Source: an uncultured Selenomonadales bacterium (lineage in GTDB: Bacteria > Bacillota > Clostridia > Christensenellales > QALW01). From it: a DNA stretch of 64,000 bases. The DNA is taken from contig CAJKLB010000003.1 of NCBI GenBank assembly GCA_905200615.1, positions 5,692-69,691 on the forward strand. The letters are read 5' to 3'. Below, piece by piece: positions 29,423 through 37,278 of this stretch. A program made the position numbers and the translations under genes. Position 1 is the first letter of the stretch. The number at the start of each line of letters is the position of its first letter. The notes below the pieces were generated by a model. The model did no database searches and was not told where the DNA came from. It was given only the letters and a program-made list of their open reading frames with translations.

Positions 29423-29465
29423 GTGCTTGTAAGGTACCTTAACAATCAGTCAGGAGGTGTACTCT

Positions 29466-30743
29466 ATGCAAATCGGCGAATTTGCAAAAATCTGCAACAC
29501 AAAAATTTCGGTGCTCCGGCATTATGACGCGGAAGGACTGCTGCCGCCGGATTATATAGACCGCTTTACCGGCTACCGATACTATTCAAAAGAACAAATT
29601 ACGGATTTTTTAAAAATATCCATGCTGAAAAGCGCGGGATTTTCATTGGCCGAAATTAAGCTCATAATAACGGAACGGAAAAGCAATAAAATGATTATGG
29701 AATTGTTTGATAAAAAAAGAGAAACCCTCTATGAAACCCTATCGCACTTAGATCAGGCAAAAAAAATAATCTTAGGAGTTGAGTCATTTTTGGAAATAAA
29801 CATTACGGAAGCAGATAACAAAATTTTGTTTGAAACTGAAAAAATTGACGCCCGCAATATAGAAGATGCCTATGATTTCATGGATCAATCCATCGCATCG
29901 GAGGGATTCCAGCGTATATCGAGTTTCACAATACACGCTGATAAAGAAAAAAAGGTTAAAATTACCTGTGAGGCTGTTAAACTTACAGAAGAAGAGATTG
30001 TTCTAAATGAAAATATCCATGTTCCTTTTGAGAACGATACTACCATCATCGGAAAATGGGAAATCATAGGGGAAATTGCCGTTAAAGAGGATTTTGAAAG
30101 AATCGGTAAGGAAAAAGAGCAAGACATTCGCTCAATCTATTTTCTCCCCGGCGGCGAACGATATTGGTGTTACGGCTGGAGCAAAGGAAAATTAATAATC
30201 GACAGCGGAGATTCCGCCACCGTAAACGATTTCAGCACGGAAAACATAAACGGACAGCATTATATGTTCGTGAATTTAAAGTCTTATCCATATCGTCATG
30301 GCGGCAGAACAACGGTATTGGTATTAAAACAAACGGATAACAAAGCCTATACCGCGACGGAAATTGCAAGAAGAGATAACATTGATATGCCCTTTATCGA
30401 CGACCCGGGGGTTATCGGGAAATGGAAAGCGATTGATTTCTGTAAAGCCAAGAAGGATTTCCACGCTGAAAAAACCAATGACAAGGAATATTTTTTTTCA
30501 AAAGTAGAATTTAAACCCAACGGTGAAATCATCAGCTGCTATAACTACGGAAAGGAAAGAATCGCCTCCAGAGAAATGCAGGAATGGACAAAAGGTTTTG
30601 TTTTGCGCAAATGGAATTCTACCGCCTGTGCTTATGAAATAAACAATATCAACGGAAAACAATATCTTATCATGGAGTGGAAAAGCGGCGATTACAGCTG
30701 GGGCGGCTTTGATACAGATTATTATGTATTTATAAAAGAATAA
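29466..30743 (+). CDS. MerR family transcriptional regulator with a long C-terminal effector region containing an internal ~100-aa duplication
   Basis: Start at MQIGEFAKICN (AGGAGG 9 nt upstream). HTH_MerR motif ...ISVLRHYDAEGLLPPDYIDRFTGYRYYS. Two repeats each start (I/V)IGKW and contain NING(Q/K)xY. Confidence 0.85.
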   Translation: MQIGEFAKICNTKISVLRHYDAEGLLPPDYIDRFTGYRYYSKEQITDFLKISMLKSAGFSLAEIKLIITERKSNKMIMELFDKKRETLYETLSHLDQAKKIILGVESFLEINITEADNKILFETEKIDARNIEDAYDFMDQSIASEGFQRISSFTIHADKEKKVKITCEAVKLTEEEIVLNENIHVPFENDTTIIGKWEIIGEIAVKEDFERIGKEKEQDIRSIYFLPGGERYWCYGWSKGKLIIDSGDSATVNDFSTENINGQHYMFVNLKSYPYRHGGRTTVLVLKQTDNKAYTATEIARRDNIDMPFIDDPGVIGKWKAIDFCKAKKDFHAEKTNDKEYFFSKVEFKPNGEIISCYNYGKERIASREMQEWTKGFVLRKWNSTACAYEINNINGKQYLIMEWKSGDYSWGGFDTDYYVFIKE

Positions 30744-31040
30744 AGTGGGGCAGGAAAGCCTTCCTGCCCTGTTCTCAACTTTAAAAACTCCTTTTATCAC
30801 CGGTACGGCAAAAAAACTGTTTATAGAGAAACGCACACTTTCTGAAAAACCGAGGAACACTACAAAATACCCAAAATCTTTGATTTTTAAAGGAACCCCC
30901 AAATAAAAGCATGCCTTTGGATAAGGCACGGCAAGAAAAAATTTTTTGTTTTACGCAGTAAAATTTCATAGCAAAACCCGTATTGACAAACGATAAAAAG
31001 CTGTTATAATCAAATTATAAAGAAAAAGGAGGTCGATCCC

Positions 31041-31592
31041 ATGAAAATTTGTCCCAACTGTCATCATCAGTGCAATGATGCCGCGCTGTTTTGCAATACC
31101 TGCGGCGCTTCTCTTTCCGCCGCGCCGCAACAGCAACAGTCGCAACAGCAACAGCAGCAACAGCAGCAACAGCCGCAACAACAACAGCAACAACAACAAC
31201 AACAATATCAACAGCAACAGCAATATCAACAGCCCCAGTATCAGGCGCCTACCGATCATACTTCGGAATTTGACCCACAGGATATTTCTCAAAATAAAGT
31301 TATCGCCATGGCGCCGTATATCCTTGGTTTTATCGGTATTATTATCGCGCTGCTGGGAGCGGGATCCTCTCAATATGCCGCTTTTCATGTACGGCAGGCA
31401 TTGAAAATTGAAATTGTTTCTGTACTGATAGCCATTTGTATGTTTGTACTTTTTTGGACCATTATCGTACCCATTATCGCGGCGGTTTGCATGTTGATTC
31501 TATTGGTAATACGAATCATTTCTTTCTTTTCGGTATGCGGAGGAAAAGCTAAAGAGCCTGCTATTATCAGCAGCCTTTCTTTCTTAAAGTAA
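31041..31592 (+). CDS. zinc-ribbon / poly-Gln linker / multi-pass membrane (DUF4870-like) protein
   Basis: MKICPNCHHQCNDAALFCNTCG zinc ribbon, then a 39-residue stretch with 33 Gln, then hydrophobic helices. AAGGAGG upstream. Confidence 0.75.
   Translation: MKICPNCHHQCNDAALFCNTCGASLSAAPQQQQSQQQQQQQQQQPQQQQQQQQQQYQQQQQYQQPQYQAPTDHTSEFDPQDISQNKVIAMAPYILGFIGIIIALLGAGSSQYAAFHVRQALKIEIVSVLIAICMFVLFWTIIVPIIAAVCMLILLVIRIISFFSVCGGKAKEPAIISSLSFLK
31128..31244 (+). repeat. imperfect (CAR)n trinucleotide tract encoding poly-Gln
   Basis: Mixed CAA/CAG codons, interrupted by single Ser, Pro and Tyr codons. Confidence 0.9.
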
Positions 31593-31663
31593 AAAGATTT
31601 TTCTGTTTACGGAGAATTTCCGCGAAAGATCCAAAAAAGCGAGGGAGCAAAACTCCCTCGCTT

Positions 31664-31865
31664 CAGACTGTAAACAAACCTGAAATCTAATTTTTTTGCG
31701 GCGTTCAGCCGCATTTTGTTTTTCCGGCGACAGTTACTTTATAAGCGAAAAGCCGCTTGACAAGCGGTTTTCAAGCATACAAGGGAGTAGTAGACCCGAA
31801 AATCAACTAATTTTCAACGAGTAGCATCCTCGGCAAAGAGAGTATTGACTTTGTCGACACTTTTA
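31664..31865 (+). repeat. interspersed structured repeat, copy B
   Basis: CAGACTGTAAACAAACCTGAAATCTAATTTTTTTGCGGCGTTCAGCCGCATTTTGTTTTTCCGGCGACAG...GCCGCTTGACAAGCGG...GAGAGTATTGACTTTGTCGACAC. It follows the hairpin GCGAGGGAG-CAAAA-CTCCCTCGC downstream of the zinc-ribbon gene. Confidence 0.85.
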
Positions 31866-32438
31866 TCGTTCAGCCTGAAGCTAAATGATTTTTTCCACAG
31901 ACTGTCGCCGGTATATATTTTATTTTCGCTCTCTTAATAACGAGCCGCGGCCTAAAAGGAAATATCATGCAGAAGCTTTGATAAAAATTTCAAATCAACT
32001 TTCTAAAATGCATTTTTCCCCTTTTCCGATTTTCACAGCCGGCTGTCCTGAAACTTCCGCAAATCCGGCTCTGCCCCGCGGTCTGATTCTATCCCCAATG
32101 TTATAAGCAATTGTTCTTTTATACGCATTTTTTGTAAGCCGCGATTTCTTTAATTTGATTGTCCACATTATAATTTATTGTTTTCAAAATTTAATTTTTA
32201 TGCGCTTTTTCCTACTTTACGTATGTTGTAAAACAATATTTATCCTTATCTTCCCTCCGCAGATAATTTTTTATGGATCCGCTTTCATTTTTCTATATCT
32301 CCTCTCTTAAACAAAACCTATACTTTTTATCAAATCATAATGAAAAACTTCTGCGGTATTTTCTGGAGATGTTCAGGTATTTTTACCGATCGACAAAGAT
32401 TCATTCAAAGTGGCTGATTTTCCTCGGATTTTCTGATA

Positions 32439-32470
32439 TAAAAAAACGAAGGCGCAAATGCGCCTTCGTT
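32439..32470 (-). terminator. intrinsic terminator of the 621-aa surface-protein gene (palindromic, potentially bidirectional)
   Basis: Minus strand reads ACGAAGGCGCATTTGCGCCTTCGT followed by TTTTTTT. Confidence 0.75.
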
Positions 32471-32486
32471 TACAGAACGCCAAATA

Positions 32487-34352
32487 TTACAGCAACTCTT
32501 TTCTCTTTCTTTGAACAATCACAAAGCCAAGGGAAACACAAGCCGCCGCCATAACCGTACCGGCTACAATCGGTGCTACATCGCCGTCATTCTTAGAACC
32601 GGGTGCCTGAATGGTTACTTCGTCAACATAGTACGCAAAGGTTTCCGAAGCAAACGCGTTAATGGAACCATCCAAACGAAGGATCAGCTGATACGCGTTG
32701 GTTTTTCCTTCCGCATACAACTGTTTAATTAAAGTAAGATAATTCTCGGTAATCGGAACTTTTACCTCAAACTTCGTCCAATCTTCCGTAAGCTTTATGC
32801 CCGCGCCTTCTACAGTAATAAAGCTCTGCTGCTCCGTGCCGTCGGGCAATTTGCCGTTCACATGCTCCTGCGAATTCAATATAAAGGCGAAGCTTGTGTT
32901 GCTGGGCAGAGGCGCATCGGTTTTAGCGTAGAACGTAACCGTATATTCACCGGCTCCCGCTCCGTTATAACCGTTTTCTTGATCCTGAATAATGGCCGGG
33001 CCTAAATCGAAAGCAACAGAATCATACTTACCACCTTGAGAAGGAGTAAATTTGATAGCGTGAGCGGTACCGTTAGCACCACCGGCAACCTGTTCAACGG
33101 TTCCCTTGCCCTGAAGGAAAATGCCCCAGCCTGTGGTTCCGTCTTCCGCGTTGCCGTTTACCACTTCAGCAAAAACAGGCTCTTCATTAGTTCCCCCATC
33201 TTCTTCGCCTGTATACAAATTATTTACACTTTCCGGCAATTCACTTTGAGAAACCAATTTAGCGGCACAATTAAAAACTTTACTAAAGCTCAAAGTTCCG
33301 CTATTTCCGCTGAGATATAATACCGTACCGCTGGGAAGCGGGGTTTTACCGCTGGCGTCGGTGGATACATTTACCCTGATAAACACATCTTTATCATAAG
33401 TATACTCTTTTGTTGTACCATTTTTCTCAATTGTTTTCTTTACAGGAACGTTCACGGACAATTCCACACTCTTGCCCGCGGGAACTAATGTAAATTCGCC
33501 TACAGCCATTGCCTCCCAAGAATCGGAAGAGCCATGATGAAGAACGCTGGGATTGAACTGCGCATAAAAATCAATGGCAGACTCATTAGAAACAATGATA
33601 CTCGCCTTTACGGTTTCACCGTTAACCTCCGCGCCGGAAAGGAATCCTGCGCTTGCTGTTGCAGCAAGATTATCCACGGTCTGTCCCTCACTCACGGTGA
33701 TCTGTGCTCCCGCTTTTTCTTCAAGCGTTACGGAAACATCGTCAATCAGAAGATAAGAGGTGGACTTAATGTTGTCCAGGCAGAGACGCCAGCTATTGCC
33801 GTTTGTGGTGTTAATTGTGGCTAAATCCGCGGCGCTGGCAAACAAATCCGCGCTCACGGTATACCACTGGTTAAACTTTGTACCGGCATTAACATTCCCG
33901 CTGAGAGTCGCATAATTATTTGTTTGATCCGAGCAGAAAGACGCGTTTTTTGTATCGCGCAGGATCAGTCTGGCAACCGCCTTGTCTACATCCTCCTGTT
34001 TGGAAGCTTCAACATACACACGCATGGAGAGCTTTACAGAAGCCTGCGTTAAACCGGCCGCGGCGATCGCCTCCTTAATCAGCGTGCCAACCTCAATGTA
34101 CGGTGTACTCCAAGATTTAGCTGTTGTTGCTTTTAACACCTTGTTATCGGGGTCTGTGGGATCCGTCTCAATACTGAGCGTGCTTTCGAGACCTTTCCAA
34201 GCAGCAGGCACAGCGGTCTGATCGGTAAACGTTGATTCTGCTTCAGAAAGAAGGTTCTTGCCATACACGGAATCTTCCGCGAATACCGCGATCATAGAAA
34301 GACAGGATACCATGATCGCCAGCGCAAGAACCACGCTTAAAGCTTTTTTCAT
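32487..34352 (-). CDS. secreted cell-surface protein with carbohydrate-binding-module-like domains and a C-terminal membrane anchor (module order N-X-Y)
   Basis: Signal peptide MKKALSVVLALAIMVSCLSMIAVFA. CBM4/9/22-like module (VVNGNAEDGTTGW...YYVDEVTIQ). Tail ...SKNDGDVAPIVAGTVMAAACVSLGFVIVQRKRKELL. GAGGAGG RBS. Confidence 0.85.
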   Translation of the reverse strand: MKKALSVVLALAIMVSCLSMIAVFAEDSVYGKNLLSEAESTFTDQTAVPAAWKGLESTLSIETDPTDPDNKVLKATTAKSWSTPYIEVGTLIKEAIAAAGLTQASVKLSMRVYVEASKQEDVDKAVARLILRDTKNASFCSDQTNNYATLSGNVNAGTKFNQWYTVSADLFASAADLATINTTNGNSWRLCLDNIKSTSYLLIDDVSVTLEEKAGAQITVSEGQTVDNLAATASAGFLSGAEVNGETVKASIIVSNESAIDFYAQFNPSVLHHGSSDSWEAMAVGEFTLVPAGKSVELSVNVPVKKTIEKNGTTKEYTYDKDVFIRVNVSTDASGKTPLPSGTVLYLSGNSGTLSFSKVFNCAAKLVSQSELPESVNNLYTGEEDGGTNEEPVFAEVVNGNAEDGTTGWGIFLQGKGTVEQVAGGANGTAHAIKFTPSQGGKYDSVAFDLGPAIIQDQENGYNGAGAGEYTVTFYAKTDAPLPSNTSFAFILNSQEHVNGKLPDGTEQQSFITVEGAGIKLTEDWTKFEVKVPITENYLTLIKQLYAEGKTNAYQLILRLDGSINAFASETFAYYVDEVTIQAPGSKNDGDVAPIVAGTVMAAACVSLGFVIVQRKRKELL

Positions 34353-34406
34353 TTTTGTTTCCTCCTCTAATCAATTACGTATCGTTTATGATACTTATAC
34401 AGATAT

Positions 34407-34435
34407 ATTGTACAAAAAAATTTTTTAAATGTCAA
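34407..34435 (-). promoter_or_regulatory. consensus promoter (TTGACA-17-TACAAT) of the 621-aa surface-protein gene
   Basis: On the minus strand, TTGACA is at 34435-34430 and TACAAT at 34412-34407. Confidence 0.6.
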
Positions 34436-34726
34436 TATTTATTTATATTTTATTAAAAAATTTTCATCGTGGTCTGTAAAGTATCAAAAAAATATATACG
34501 ACAAAAACCGCTCAATAACACTGTTTTTAGGACAACAAAGAATCAAACCGTCTTAGTTTATTTCCTAAAAAGAGGAAATGTTACAAAAAAAAGAATAGGG
34601 AATAACCATTCCGATAGAACGGTTACCGATGAGAAATCGTCTCTTTCCCCGACGCATAAAAACATACCTATGGTTATTTACTGATAGGTATTTCCACAAA
34701 AAAAAGAGCCGCGTTTGCGGATCTTT

Positions 34727-34925
34727 GAGCGTCAACACTTTCGGGATGCCGATCGCTTGAAAATTGTTGATTTTCGAACTGTATTTTTCCTTACCGGTAT
34801 TACTCCTGCTGCCTTGAAAAATCACTAATCAATCCATTTTATTCATAAGGATTCGGTCACCGGAAAAACAAAAATGCGGCGTTGCCGCCGCAAAAAAATC
34901 AAAATCCCGGGTTGTCTACCCTCTG
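34727..34925 (-). repeat. interspersed structured repeat, copy E (inverted orientation)
   Basis: Minus strand reads CAGAGGGTAGACAACCCGGGATTTTGATTTTTTTGCGGCGGCAACGCCGCATTTTTGTTTTTCCGG...CGAAAATCAACAATTTTC..GCGATCGGCATCC..AAGTGTTGAC. It is bracketed by two copies of a 27-nt terminator sequence. Confidence 0.85.
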
Positions 34926-34950
34926 AAAAAAGAGCCGCGTTCGCGGCTCT
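34926..34950 (-). terminator. intrinsic terminator of the 619-aa surface-protein gene
   Basis: Minus strand reads AGAGCCGCGAACGCGGCTCT followed by TTTTTT, 22 nt after the stop. Confidence 0.75.
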
Positions 34951-34971
34951 TTACTCTTTTTTATAAGCAGA

Positions 34972-36831
34972 TTATTCCTGCTCTTTCTTCTTTCTGGCAA
35001 CAACCACCAATGCGACGGCCGCGGCAACAACGGTTACCATCAAAGCGATCGGAAGCGCGTCGCCCGTAGGTTTGCTGCCCGCGGGCAGTTCATACGCCAA
35101 AGAAATGGTCAAATTCGCTTTCGCGTTAGAACCGTTTGCTACTTTTGTCATAATATCGTTATTGATACCTACAAAGAGAAGCGAAGTACCTGCTTTAATT
35201 CCTGTTTCTCCCGCTCCGTTTTTCAGGTCAAAACGCGGGAAATACTGATCATAAGTGTATTCCTTGGTTGCGCCATTGGCTTCTACCGTTGCTTTTGCGT
35301 CACACGTATAATTCACAACCTGATGATATCCGGCCGGAATCGTAAGCCATTCTGTAGCCTTAATGGATTCCCATGTATCGGATTTACCCTTATGCAGAAC
35401 CGACGCGGAGAACTTAATCTGAACATCTTCCGTGCCGTTGTTGTAAATGGTGAAGCTCTTAGTTACTTTGCCGTCCTTTACATCGTCCGCGGTGATAAAG
35501 CCTGTGCCTTCACCGGTGCACAAGAATACATCGCCGGAAACATCTTTCGAGAACACTACCTGTACGCCTACCGGATCCTTATCGGTAGAGGAGCCTCCTT
35601 CACCACCAGCAACCTGAATGCTCACTTCGTCTACATAATAGGGGAACTGAACCTTATCAAACGCAAAGCCCTCACCTGAACCATCAAGACGGAGAATCAA
35701 CTCATAAGCGTTGGTTTTGCCGGCGGCATATAACGCTTTAATTGTTTTAAGGAATGCTTCCGACACATCAATGGTGATATCAAATTTCTTCCACTCAGCA
35801 GTAAGCTCAACAAGTGCGTTCGTAGCAATATAGCTGCTTACATATCCGTCACCTTCAAGGCCCTCAATAACGCCCTCCTGGACATCCACATGCTCTTTGG
35901 AATTTAGTACGAATTTAAATTTTGTGGTCGCGCCGTCAGGCAGAGGCATATCTGTTCTGGCCCAGAAAGTAAGCTGATACTTTCCTGCACCTGCGCCTTT
36001 ATATCCGTTTGCTTCATCCTGAATAATCGCCGCGCCCAAATCAAACGCGATGGTTTGGAATTGGCTGGTACCGCCGGGAGTAAACTTCATGGCGTTTGCC
36101 GTGCCGTTCGCGCCGCCGGCAACCTGAGCAACAGTGCCTCCCATAAAGGAGCTCCAACCGGTCGTACCGTTTTCCGCGTCGCCGTTTACTACCTCTTTCA
36201 CAGCAACTTCCTCAGCAACTCTTTCAAAGGTAACGTCATCGATATAGAATACCGAGCCCGCACCCATGGTATCAAAGTAGACAGACAGAGCGTCATCATC
36301 GGCCTGCGTCTTATTGATCTTGCAGGTATAGGTAACTTCTATCCATTTGCCCGGCTCAATGGTAGCGCGGCAACCGTCTTCACTTTCATTGGATGTTCCG
36401 AACGGAAGATTATCATTTCCTGTATTAATAACATTCTGCGTACCGCGGAAAAGCAAAGTTAATCCGGTAGCGCCATTGGTAGGCATGGTTTCAAAATATA
36501 CCCACGCGTGGAAACGATAATTTCCGGCCTGGCCTTTTACTACCTTGCGTACCTCTTCACCCTTCAGTCCGGGCATATCCCATGGATTTGTACCGCCGGA
36601 GAACTTCAGCGCGTACTCGCCGCCGTGTGTCGGGGTGGTAACCACCTCAGAGGTACCGGGGCCAGCAAAACCTTGTTTTGAAAAATACGTATTGGTATTG
36701 CCCTCAAAGTCTTCGGTTAACGACTGACCTTCCACCAGAGCGGCTTGTGCCGAAGCAGAAAGTATCGTCAACCCCGCAAAGGCACCGACAGTCAGCGCCA
36801 TTGCAAGCAAAACGCCTAAAACTTTCTTCAT
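34972..36831 (-). CDS. secreted cell-surface protein, paralog of the 621-aa protein with its internal modules in swapped order (N-Y-X)
   Basis: Signal peptide MKKVLGVLLAMALTVGAFAGLTILSASAQA. CBM-like module VVNGDAENGTTGW...YYVDEVSIQ. Tail ...SKPTGDALPIALMVTVVAAAVALVVVARKKKEQE. Confidence 0.85.
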   Translation of the reverse strand: MKKVLGVLLAMALTVGAFAGLTILSASAQAALVEGQSLTEDFEGNTNTYFSKQGFAGPGTSEVVTTPTHGGEYALKFSGGTNPWDMPGLKGEEVRKVVKGQAGNYRFHAWVYFETMPTNGATGLTLLFRGTQNVINTGNDNLPFGTSNESEDGCRATIEPGKWIEVTYTCKINKTQADDDALSVYFDTMGAGSVFYIDDVTFERVAEEVAVKEVVNGDAENGTTGWSSFMGGTVAQVAGGANGTANAMKFTPGGTSQFQTIAFDLGAAIIQDEANGYKGAGAGKYQLTFWARTDMPLPDGATTKFKFVLNSKEHVDVQEGVIEGLEGDGYVSSYIATNALVELTAEWKKFDITIDVSEAFLKTIKALYAAGKTNAYELILRLDGSGEGFAFDKVQFPYYVDEVSIQVAGGEGGSSTDKDPVGVQVVFSKDVSGDVFLCTGEGTGFITADDVKDGKVTKSFTIYNNGTEDVQIKFSASVLHKGKSDTWESIKATEWLTIPAGYHQVVNYTCDAKATVEANGATKEYTYDQYFPRFDLKNGAGETGIKAGTSLLFVGINNDIMTKVANGSNAKANLTISLAYELPAGSKPTGDALPIALMVTVVAAAVALVVVARKKKEQE

Positions 36832-36883
36832 AATTTTCCTCCTTTAATTGTGAATATTTTAAAAATATTCTTTTGCATTACCT

Positions 36884-36912
36884 ATGATATCACGTCCGCA
36901 ACAGAAAGTCAA
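36884..36912 (-). promoter_or_regulatory. promoter (TTGACT-17-TATCAT) of the 619-aa surface-protein gene
   Basis: On the minus strand, TTGACT is at 36912-36907 and TATCAT at 36889-36884. Confidence 0.55.
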
Positions 36913-37184
36913 TACACTTTACTTGTTTTTTTAAAGAGTTTTTGTAAAAATTTTTTCTAATTATTACATTTTATTCCTTTTACTTATGAAGATTTTGTAA
37001 TTCCAATCTGTAAAAAACGCATACGATTTCCGTGCTGATCCTTTCATTTGGCGAACGGCAGACCCTTTTTCCTAAAAAACGCCTGCATACAGTCGTTCCC
37101 TGCAAGTTATTTTTCCGTTACGGGAACGCGCATAAAAATCAATTTTAGAATAATCCATGCTCTGCTGTTTTTCTGATGTTTCAA

Positions 37185-37235
37185 TAAAAAAGAACCCATA
37201 AAAATTTTCTTTTTATGAAAAACCTTTATGGGTTC
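37185..37235 (-). terminator. intrinsic terminator of the 634-aa secreted-protein gene
   Basis: Minus strand reads GAACCCATAAA-(22 nt)-TTTATGGGTTC followed by TTTTTTATT. Confidence 0.6.
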
Positions 37236-37278
37236 CAAATTACTACATTTTATAATGAACAGCAATATTCATTTAAAG

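Noticed and set aside
30966-31388. A 140-aa minus-strand ORF rich in poly-Leu, and two other frames of the same region in the track.
   Set aside because: These are mirror or alternative frames of the (CAR)n poly-Gln tract. The plus-strand zinc-ribbon ORF has the RBS and a coherent domain structure.
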